Shown here one piece after another: positions 12,201-24,200 of a stretch of 64,000 bases of DNA. The notes beneath the pieces were generated by a model, which was not told the DNA's origin, ran no database searches, and saw only the letters and a program-made list of their open reading frames with translations. The translations under genes and the position numbers were made by a program. This stretch comes from Phoronis australis (Eukaryota > Animalia > Phoronida): positions 281,182 to 345,181 of the forward strand of contig NMRA01000447.1 of the NCBI GenBank assembly GCA_002633005.1. The letters are read 5' to 3'. Position 1 is the first letter of the stretch; each line of letters begins with the position of its first letter.

Positions 12201-15200
12201 ATTGCTTCATTTTCATTTAGTCATGTGGTGCTTGGGGTACAGTTCTAGACAACAAAATCAACATATGCTATTTTGCTAAAACGTTGCGTGTTTCAAATCC
12301 TTGTACCAGAGAATGGGATTATCACCCTAGTAAAAGTAAGGTCGCATGACAATAGTTGGCTGACAAAGTAATGTTTTGCTGCTCAAACCTGACAACTTCA
12401 AAGCCTTTGCAACAAATAAAATGATATTATCTTTGATCATCCATTTCCAGATAATCTCAAAGACAGAACGGTATGGAACACATTGACACGCAACTGTTAA
12501 TATCACCCATACTCGTAACTTGTCATGGATATGGTTTACATGTTTATTACACCCAAGAACTATTGTGCGTCCCAATTAGCTTAACGCATAATTACTTTAT
12601 TTTTGAGAATATTATTACGATTTCACATATAATACGAAATGTTATCAACAGAAACAATGAACGCAGTCTTATGTGCCTGCTTGTAGATCTCACAGAGTCG
12701 CTGAGAGATTTCCAAGTCCGGGTCTCCAATAGAAGTGACACACCACCAGAGATTTCTAAGGACGTTCTTTGTAAACATTACACCGGCACCATCAGTGACG
12801 CCACCACTGTGTACATAGCTTGTGATCGTCCAGTCACTGGAAGATACATCTATGTCATCAAGAACGGAAACAGCAAATCAGAAACATTGTCTTTGTGTGA
12901 AGTGAAGGTGTGGGGGAAACCAGCCAGTGCAGGTATTTGATTGGATAGAAATTTTATTTTTTTAATTAAACTAGATTTCAATCAACCTAGATCACAATTT
13001 GCCAAACTTAAACATCTTGACATGAGCAGTTGGCAGAGTATTCGGACTATTGTCGCAATAAAAATGTTGTTTTGGAAAACTTTCATTGCATTTTAATTTG
13101 TTTCAAAGCTGTTTTCATTTTGTAGCCTCCAGCACACTCACTACAAGAGCGAGCGTGGGTGATGGAGTAACAGTAACATTTGAGGGGATAGAGTCCTCTG
13201 GCATCAGATGGCAGAAAGACGGCATTGGGTTTTATTCCAGCGGCGACTTAGTTGGATGGAATGACAAGCTGACTAACACAATTAGCCAAGTTGAAGTGGC
13301 ACATGGCGGAGTGTACTCTATATATAGACCGATTGGAATTGTCCTTGGCATCACCCGCCTAGTTGTCAGAGGTTAGAGGTTTTCTCGTCATTGGGTCTGA
13401 TTTGATTAAATATGAAGTATGTGCCAGGCCTACGCTACCACGATGTAACAACATCATCTGACGGAGATAGGCTGCGTAAAAAAAACACATAATACACCAT
13501 CAAATGTTATTTGTCAGTTCACGACGTGGTACAGAGGCATTCTGACATCACTGTTGTTTTCTCGAATGATAACAAATTGTCATTTTATTCAATGCCCTGT
13601 ACTGTCTTCACACTTGAATATGGAACACACTGACCTCGTTCGGTTTTTAGCATTAGTCTTCGGTGTTCCCTAACTAAAAGTTCTTTATGCCACTAGGCTT
13701 CAGTGTTCTGAAATACAAATTAGTTTCTTTACCTGAAAAAGGGTTCGTAGGTGCTATCAGTATGTTATTTGGCAACTGAAAGAAACGAAAATCGACTAAG
13801 TACGCATTATGTGTGAACTATCGGTTACTGACCTTAGACAGCAAGGGAACATCACACGCTTTCACGATAGTCAATTTTCGCACATACAGTAACAGAGCTT
13901 ACCGATGGTATCCTGTTACTACACCCATCTACCCAATATACGGTGGTACCATAATGAAGAGAAAGGGGTGTCAAGCTTGTATATGTATTACGCAATGCAT
14001 TTCCACTACACGGAGTGCATCATTGCTCGTAATTGGTGCACAGCTGATGCTCGCACTCAGGGAAGGGGTGGCGGGGGGTGGCTGAAGCCTCAAATTTGTC
14101 GAAGTGGGGACAAAGGTCCCCTCGGAGAAGTAAAAAGTTCCAAAGAAGTAGAATATTAGATAAACATCCACTAAATAGGCAGTGGCGGATCTACGGGGTA
14201 AAAATGGCACCGCCAGCGTATGTAAACCTCATGTAAACCACCCCAGAAAAATTCAGGGGGGTTCATTTTGAAAATATAATTTTGCTGCGCTGTGATTTTC
14301 TGGTATGAAAAACAACCCATTTCGAGTTTTCGTGGCACATCGGCAAGACGCGCGAGTTCAATATTTGTGAGCGAGTTTTCGTCGACGCTTTTTAAGTTGC
14401 CAAGCACTTTAAATGGATCCAACGCTGAAAGAGCAGCTCGGTCTATATCCACATCGCCTCTTATACGGTCGACCTCACCTTGCCGAGAAATGTAGCATTA
14501 GCCTGTGAGGAAGGTGAGAAGTAACGCAGCGACGTCAGTGGTTCGTCTGCAGAGTGAATGCTGCTATATTGCGGTGCATAGGTTCCGGGTTGTCCGAACT
14601 ATTTAGCTGCGAAGAAAGCGGGTATATCGTTTTTTCCTCTTCTTCGAGAGCCCGAAATGCTTAGGAAGTGGCTCGTGGTAGTGAAGAATGAAAGGTATGC
14701 TATTAATAGCAAGTATGAGGCCGTGAAAAACCTCCATGTCTGTGGCCGGCTTTTCATCGACAGTGATTTCTCTGACGAATCCCGGCTTACCAAAGAACTA
14801 TCCATGAACGTACCCAGCCTTCGATATGGCGCGCTCGAATTCCCGACGATGTTGCTAACAAAAGAGCGGGCGGACTGAAAAAAAAAAAACAAAAAACGGG
14901 AGCACCTCTGTGAATTGCGACTTTGCGCTTATTTAGTGGACTTTTGTCCCATTTTCTCGGACTTTTTGTCTCTCTGACCAATTTGCCCACTTCGCCAATT
15001 GGGGGGAGGCTCCTTCGACCCCACCGAGCCCCCCTGGGGGCGTGCATGCTATCCCTACGTTCCGTTGCCTATGCATATTCACGGCATTTCTCTAGTATTT
15101 CTTGATCACTGTATTCAGGTTCGAACTGATAGCATGTGAAACTTAACGATCCGACCCGTGAAGTCAACGTCTGATGAGCTCTTGACTGGGATTGGCGCCG

Positions 15201-18200
15201 TGTGAGTTAACATGTAGACGTTTATTATTCCGCGTTCTGTTTCAAAATGAATTATTCTCATCTTGACCAATGCTTGTATAAAACTGAAACAAAGTCTGTG
15301 TCAGTAGATACAATTTGTAATGCCTTTGCAGTATTCGTGAGTGCAAATGTTGAGAAGCCAGCAATGAATAAACCACTGAGTTACCGACTTTTGATGCCGG
15401 CAATAAAGGTAATGGACCGGGCACCGAGGCCGTGTGAGCGCGTGCTAATTCAATAGTTCTTGACAGAAAGCTGTTGTGGAACAATTACTCGATTGTATAC
15501 ATGTATGCTATGGTCACGTGTTAGGGGAATCTTTATTTAGAAATACAAATACATTATTCAAATCATTGTTGCTGTGCAGCCTTTGCCCTGACGGTCTGCG
15601 GAAGTGGAACACGACTTAATTCGCGGCCCCCGATAATAAGTACATTTTCAGTTTTGTGGCTATTTCACATAAATAATTACCTGCACATTATTTCTTTGAC
15701 TCACTATTATAGTCTTTTAGGGACTGGAGGTTTAGTTTCCAACTCAAGCTGGTTTATGTTCAAATCCAGTCTCAGAGGCCGCGACGTGCCTGATCCACTG
15801 GCCGGGATAACAAGCGTTTTGTATGTTTAGAACTCAAAAAATCACAAGTATAAGCATCACAGAACTAGGTTATCAAGTCTGTATTTCGCGTAGGAATACT
15901 TCGAATTTATCTCCGAACAGAACCCAAACTCCAACTACGGACCTTGGTAAATTGGCTTCAGTGCCGAACTTTGTAGGCTACGGTGCGTCCAACTACCATT
16001 AAGATCGTAACAGCGGAATAAAAAACACGTTTTTATGTGAACTCGGCGTATGTTTAAGTTTTTTACATCGAAGGTTGTCGATTTATTGATGTTAAACGAT
16101 GAATTCAAGCGATAAGCTGACACCACTAACCCTTGTTGTGAACTGCTGAACAGACTGCGTGTGAAACCAAGTACGTCATTGGATAATTTCAACACCTCCT
16201 TCTGCCGCCAGGTGTAAGTTACGCAACCGAGCCTGTCGTTATCGAGTAAAACTACTCGATCTAAATTGATACTAAATAGGTAGTTTTTAGGTGGCGTTCT
16301 CATTTAACTTATTTAGTCTAAGATACCTTTCAATTTGTCAAAGGGGAAATACAGTGGTGCTGTGACCCCGGCTGATAGTTAAGCGAATTGGCGTCCAACG
16401 TTATTATCTCATCTGTCATGACGGGTCACGCTATTACACTCCACACTTTTGTAACTCGAATTTGGCTGTTTTATAATGAAGTTGTCTTGCGCAACATCAT
16501 ACAATGTACAGTCATGAAATATATTTTAAAAAACGGTCAACTCGTTTTCCGAAGAATTGCTTTTGTGGCGGGCACCGTGGCCTGGTCGCGAGTCCGTTTC
16601 AAGATGCACAAGTTATGTCTATACAAGGAATGACCCCGAGGGCACTCAAACTGACAAGATGACCGGATTCGCGAACAGTGCACAGTACCAGAACTTTCAC
16701 TGCAAAGATATGCGGGACACGCGCCATGTTCTATATGCCTACTGAGGAGCCCTGTTTCCGCTGTTTCCGACTTCAAACCTACCGTCTTCCTACCTGCAAT
16801 AAGCAACATTGCCGTCTTCTATACTGAGAATTTCCGCAGTAAGGCCCATCCGAAAAAAGCCCATTACCAACGGCGTTTATCTGGTGTTACAACCTTGGTT
16901 TTCAAGTGTTCAGACATTGGGACATTTATTCGGAAAGTTGCAGGTCCTGGGACACATCGTCAGTTTTGAAGTAGACCCTGATGAACAACTCAATTTTAGT
17001 TGCGCATGTAACTCTCCTGAATGGACTTGGCAACCTCAGTGGTTTAGTACCGAGCTGCGAAACGAGATGCTGACAGTGTAGAGGCTTACAAGCTCATTGA
17101 CACTGCAGTTGACGAAGTGGAAGCGTGGGGATTAACATCGAAGATTTCTGGGTAGAATGGTTCCAATACGAGTAATCCGTTGGATCCGATATACAGATTC
17201 CTCGCCGAGGAATCCAGAAGCATAGGACTGACGTTCCTGATCGGATGAAACACTCAGGTAATAAATTATTATTCTACATAGTTTTTCCATAATGTCAGAT
17301 TTATAAGGCTTGTGTACAATAAAAACGAAGTAGAAATTATTTTTGGACCTGCAAGATTTATTCAGTACAGCACAGGGTCTACGAGTACGAAGAAACTTAT
17401 TCTGGTTTGTATTTCTATTTGGCTCTTTAGCTGCTTCATAACCAAAATCTATTTCAAGTAATGTGTAGTTAAATTTGTACTCAATATTCGTTTTTTCCAG
17501 TGAGTTTTACAGAAGAAATGTGCGAATACCCTTCCTGGACAACCTCTCGCAGCAATTCACCGCCAGATGTGTAAAACATACGTACAGTATAAGCAACCAC
17601 TGGGGATTAAAACATGTCTAGAGAGAAGTTTTTGCATATTGCACTTTAGGTTCCGCGACGGACCAGGCACTGCTTAATTTGTGTGATTATTGACTTTCAT
17701 TGTACTTCTGGTCCCTCGGATAAATAGTCTTGTGATGTTTTTTTACCACAGTGTGCTTTGTAAAACTATTTTAAATTATCTCAGTAAGTATTGTTTGGTC
17801 CCGCGACAGATCGACTACTTTTTTAGCGATAATAAGCACAGGTGTTCTTTTGGTCTCGTGATGGACCAGGCCAGCCCATTTTCGTACTCTCAGTGTACAT
17901 CTGGTCCCTCTGCGAAGTGGTCCTGTATATCTTATCACCACGGTGTACAGAATGTTTTGGTTTCTTGAAAACGTTTCAGATGATTGGTTTCCTGATACAT
18001 TTGACGTTTTCAATTGTTGCGACATACACTAGACCAACAGTTAACGTGATTCAGTTTAATAAAGTGATAATCAAGTGTTTGTTTTCGCTTTTAATAATGG
18101 AGTAATAGCTAAGAGCACCATTGTTTGCCACCTTTTCCCGTATCGAGACAGAACATACTGTGTTTATTTCCGGACGTAACAGTACAAGTTTCGTTCTTAA

Positions 18201-21200
18201 ACAACTTAGTGCTGTTGTCACACGATTATCTTATATTGAAGTATTGGGTTTTTACGCCCCGTCGGTGCTCCTTACGCTCTTGAATATTTGGTAGTTGTCT
18301 AAGCCCTTGTACACACACCACACTCTTTTGGACACGACTTTTCGTATGCTTAAAAAGGTGTGTGTAAACAGATGTTCCCACAATTTTTTTGCACAAATAG
18401 ACCTGCATTGTTTCACGACACTTATCAGCCAAGTTCATATGGGGAAACCGAGGAGGGGTTTAAATTATGTTAAGAAAAACTCCAGAGACATGCTAATTGC
18501 CAGAAACTCACCATGAGGCATGGAAATTTCACAACTCGGTTACAAAAACAAAAGTATTGTCTTACACAGGATGGAAAACCCCCCTTCAGACCTCCCCCAC
18601 GCTGGGCCCAGCGCGCCTTGGATTCCACCTTTTGCGGGAATCCTTAACCCCCCTTTACTCAAAATGTAGATCCGCCATGGCGGAACCACCAACATTCGGT
18701 GAATGAACAATTCATAGCTCTGAACGTGCCCCTTGCAGAATCTTATTAAAGGGTCAATGTTCTCAAGAATTCGAGTCTCCCAACTTTATGGCTGGGAGCG
18801 CACATGGAGGTATAGCTGCATTGTGTCTGTTCTGACGCAGACTGTGTTGACAAATTACATCTACTTAAATCATTTTATTTGCAATAGAAATATGTTGATT
18901 GATTTTAATCTACCAGAAGCATTCCTTAAAAGTTGCACTTTTGAAACTTTTGAATACTAAACAAATGTTGTCTTCGGAACCTATGTATATCGGCGTTTAT
19001 CGCTGCTGCCAGGCAATCTTATTGCAGGAATTCAAGTACTGAAGGTTAGAAGCCGCTAAACAGTTGTACACAGAAATGATTGTTTGGTCATCGAACGGGT
19101 CAAATTTCACTGCATGATTGCTCCAAAGTTTAAATATGACAGTGATTGCAGGTTATCACTTAGCTCCAACTGAATATTGAAAGCGATATATCTGTGGTAA
19201 AAGCTTGTCTAGGTCAATTGTGTAAGCTGCAGGTTCACGGATACTAACCCCTATTTATAGAAATCAAAAGTGACTCCCCACGTAATTCCCAGAAACAGAA
19301 TAGTGTTCGGTAACCCATGACAACCCTCAGCATGTTGGAAGAAAATATGATAAACTCCTTTGAAGCCTGTTAGACCGGCACCCGCGAATTATAAGGCAAT
19401 TTTAGGAAAAGAAAACCCACCAAGAACCAAAATATCAACTCTGTGACATAGATAGTATCCTTTTTGGTGATTCCTGCTTTTACCGTCCAAGATCGGTGGT
19501 GCTTTCGTAGGTGACACACCAAGGGTTAGCTGAAATCAGCAAAGCAGGGCTTATTCTTCTTTTAATCGTATATTAAAACCTGTCTGGGGCTAAAGCATGA
19601 TAAATACAGCTTTTCCATCCAATGTACATGTATGAAGTAAAATAATGCTTTGTATCCCTCCCCCAAAAGTCCTCATACTTTGGAAGAACGTTTTGCGAAG
19701 TCTGGTAAGCTTGGCTTAGATTTTTAGTGAGTTGCAACTAGGCAACCGTGGGGAGAGATCACCCACCAAGAATAGTGATTATCAAGTTGTGAAAAAGAAA
19801 GTACGAGCGTTTAGTTGATTTCTGTTTTTATTTTTAACAAATGGCAGTTAACTGACGTTCTCCGTAGCACGGAACCTACCAACTTCTCCCCGAGTCAAAT
19901 CCAGGTTGACAAAATGCGCAGTATTATTTAGGTTATATTGGGGCTTGTTGACAAGTGTTTGTATTCTGCCACCTTTCTACGCCGGCTTAATCACGCTTTT
20001 TGCGTGCAAAATAGCAAAACAACAAAATGAAGGAAACTTTTTACGATATAAAAGTTCATAATGACATCTCAAAACTATTGATGCAGTTTCAGTTTTTATG
20101 AAAATCAGAACGTCCTGTCTTTTGTTATTGTTTACGTTGCCTTTTTTGCGGCATTGGTGATGAGGTGATATCGTAGCCGTTCCTGACCGAAGTATGGGGA
20201 GGTGCAAAGCTCGTTATCGGCGCAAGTCTTAGAAGTACCGAGTGTCATTAGCCGCTACAGTGCATACAGTACATGTAGGTGCTGATAACCGCTTGTTGCC
20301 TACAGTACCGTTGTATCACACTGGCACTTCGCACAAAATGAGACAAGATGAGGTCAGAATGACCGAAACTAGTAAACAGATCCAGTGCAGGTGGTCTGAT
20401 GTCATTTGCGGTGTATAATGGTTGGGCAAAGCACATGGGCTGAGAGCACGTGAGATCCGTCATGGTTCTTCTTGAAGGAATATTCCAAGTCTGCCTGTCT
20501 CCTTTAAGAAAACAGACAGACAGACGTCCCCATTTGTTCTCATGCACTATGTTGTCGGTATGTAGCAGTGCCATCTAGTGGGCTATTCCTTATACTAAAA
20601 AAGCTGGGCAAGACTCTAACAGATGTTTATATACCCATTGATGTGACTGTGTCGGGCTAGATTTCAGTGGCCTGTCAATATTTGAATGAGGTGCCTTCAA
20701 GCTTGGAAAATTCTCCTGCCGTATAAGTGGGGAAATTACTTGATGGTTACAATGTATTTAATTGTACATCTTAGTATGCATGTATCTTATCTACAAAATA
20801 TTGTCCTGTCACTGTAATCACACAAAATTTATTTACAGAATTTCAATTTTCAGGGACTATGTCAACGTAATTTCCAGGGGTAAAGTTTTCTTCTTCACAA
20901 TCCATCTCTTTATTCTAACAGCCACAGAAAATACCTCTGCTTTACATAAAGCCATATAGTGCGAAGTCTTGGGAGACAACCAACTTCTGGAGATAGAACA
21001 TACTTCATTTCACAGTTCAAAAGTTAAAAGGACTGTAAACCGTCTTACAAAAACAATTGACTAACATCACTAGCCGTTTCAATTTGGTCTCAACGTCCAA
21101 CGGAAGTTATGTTCGGGATTCGAAAATAACGGTATAGTTTGAGAGCAGGCCTCACAAGTAAGCTTGTCACGTCGTTTCATTTCATTTCATTTCAGTTGCG

Positions 21201-24200
21201 TGTGGTCTCACGGAAAAATGAGTTGGCAAATCTTTTCGAACCCAAAAATCACTTCTCAACTGAACATTAGAGATATTATGACCAATATTATAACAGTTGG
21301 CTGTTAAGTTCAATAATTAATTTCTTGGACAGAATTGATTGTTTATGGCCGCATTATAGAAACGGAATTTTGAGTTCCGTTTAAAAACATAACGTTGTGG
21401 ATATTTCGACCACCTCCTGAAAACTGGTGTTTTGTGGACAAAATATACTGGACGCATTTCTGTAAAAGAAGTCTAGCATTTTAAAGGGTATTTTAAAAGA
21501 AGAAATCTTTTAGAAAACGAGATTAAACACTTATGAAAAGTCAGTACAATAACTGAGCCGTTTGCAAGAAACGACTAGTATGTTCGGAGACTCTGACCGT
21601 TGTTCCGGGACCTAGCAATATATTTGTGTCGTTGCAGTATGCCCAAGGGATAAATACGGCGTTAATTGCACTGAGAATTGTCCACAATGTGAGAATGGAG
21701 GCATTTGTCATGACATCACTGGGGAGTGCATCTGTCCACCTGGATTCATGGGACACATTTGTTCTATAGGTGAGAACTTTAGTTGGCATGTTTAAAAAGT
21801 CACTGCATCAGTTTGTTAAAGAATGTCCCGTGCCTAATGACGATGTATGGAAGTTGCAAAGTACTGCTTAACTTGCGTGATCCAGGCGACGGGTGTATGG
21901 GACAATACCATTGTTTTCCATCACTGCTTCTTTGTTAATTGGACATAACAATACATATGGCATTGGTATTGTTCCTTGGGTGAACATCGGCCGGTTACCG
22001 ATAAATGCTTACCATTATCTGTATGATATGAAAGAAAAACTAAGTGAGGAATGGATACGACTATCGACTGAGAAGCTCACAACCTATTTTCTAGTAGGAA
22101 AGGAAGTTTTCCTGGATAATAATCGCATAATTACACTTCCTGCATGCAAAGAGATTGTTTTTACAACTGAAAAAGGCAAATTTTGATTTATTTTTGACTG
22201 GGGAGATTTCTTTAAAGATTACTTGTCTCGCCTGGAACAAATACCCGTGATGCTCCTACATGGAGACTGCGTGACTGTGAGAGCGAAGATCGAGGGCTCG
22301 AATCTGCGAAACTTACATGTACTTTTTTCGCCGGCAAGGGTATTTTATTTACACAGTTACGGCTCTGGGCAGAGGCTAATCGGAAAAAAATCTTGCCAGC
22401 AATGTCACGTACACGACTGGTATTTCCTGGCGCACTGTTTGGTGGAAAATCACTCAATTTGAAGTGATATAAACTGTTGCGGAACTGACATATTCCATAT
22501 GCATGTACTTCTTTAGTGCCAACTGGAGATTATAATTCATTCTATTGGTAAATCTTAGTGGGCAATTTAATGGGTATGAGTGTAAAAACGAGCTAAGTGC
22601 ACCAGATATAGGTTGATATTTGTAGCTAATTTCTGTCAGCCTGAGATGCAGTTCTACTCAGATTTAGCCAAACCAACATACCAATTTTTTAGGCCAACTC
22701 GATTGAACGACAACAGTTCCATGAATTTCGGTTTGTGCACAAACTTGGTTGTTTGGAACCTAAACTCTCAAATCAACACGTTGATTGTTGAACAACATCT
22801 CGGTTGAGAAAGACAAGGATCAAGTGACAAGTGACTTTGCAGTATTAAACTGTATATCATTTGCATACTTCAATTTTAATCATTGATGGTTAGCTGATTA
22901 CCAAATCACTAAAACAATTATTTTATGAATTGATAAGATATATAATTACACAACAAAGGTACAACTTGCCCTAAACGTTGCAGTCCTAATTGTTTCCAAT
23001 ATGTTTAGATGGCGATTGATATCAATTACTGCAATCAACAACAGGTAGTGTCATTAAAAAATAATGCAAATAGAAGTTGTTTTTAACAACAATCGCAGCA
23101 ATGTCCAGACATGAATGTTCGTTTAGATAGCCTATGCATGCGTAAACCCTCTCGAATTGTCTTCCCAAAGGTTGTGGGGGTAATCGGTTTGGGAGTGACT
23201 GCTTATCCAATTGTTCCGAGGTGGACAGTGAGGACGGATGTCGAGGGAAACATGTGTGCACGATAGATCCATATGGATGCTCCTGTGTTGCTGGATTTAA
23301 GGGGATGACTTGCAGTGAAGGTATTCGTTTCTAAATGCCATAATGTGATATATTTCTTTGCAATCCAAAACCCGTGTACTAAATTTGATAGGCATTGAAT
23401 GACTGCTTATTTCACATTCATATTTTTATGGTCACGGTAAAAATAGTTGTGTTTAATTGCTGGTTATTTCACGTTTGTTATGCACATGTAGGTGTTAGTT
23501 CGCGCACTTGAAGTTTCACGTGTTATTTTTGGTAAAGACTGCATTAAATGCAATCCACCTTCAAATGCAAGTAAAATTTTAGTGCTATGCAGGGGCTACT
23601 ACTCCGATGCCAAAAAGTTGCACTGAGAAACCTGGAAAGTATTCGTTGATACACATATAAACGTTTTGAGATATTATTCTGCTGAATAATGTCGAGTGTG
23701 ATAAGTTTTCATCTACACAAAGAGTTGCTCCCCGGAGAATTCATGTAGGTCATATTTCTACGCCAGTTGATGATGTACTTTCTGTTTATACCATGAGCTT
23801 CGAAATTTTAAATTTATTTTTTTTTCAAAAGACATTTCAATTCGTGTAAGAAGTGGGGGGCTGCGGGTGCATGTCCCCCAAATTGTTGGCGTCAAGGTGC
23901 CAAGCGGCAAGTCGTTGGGCCAGGGCTGTCGAGAAATGAAGAGCTGCAAACACGAGAAAATTTACAAGAGAACATGTGGCTACTCAGCATCAGTTCATGC
24001 TATACTCTTTCTTAGATCTGGCCCGGATATTGATGTTAGGGTCACCGTTTTTGGAGCATAGGTCCTTTAAGCGCACTTGAAAACGTGCACTTAATCTGTC
24101 ATACTTGTATCTCGAAAAAATCGATAACATTCGTAAAGAGAAACTTTTTAAAAGTGTATTCATTCACTGTCAAAATTTTAAATTCAGAAAGGCAAAAACG

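Larger units (their letters stand above)
14180..18679 (+). mobile_element. Possible decayed THAP-hAT (THAP12/PRKRIR-like) transposon
   Basis: Inverted ends CAGTGGCGGATCTAC / GTAGATCCGCCATG; THAP relic near the left end and hAT fragments at 17050-17570. TSD does not match. Confidence 0.4.
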
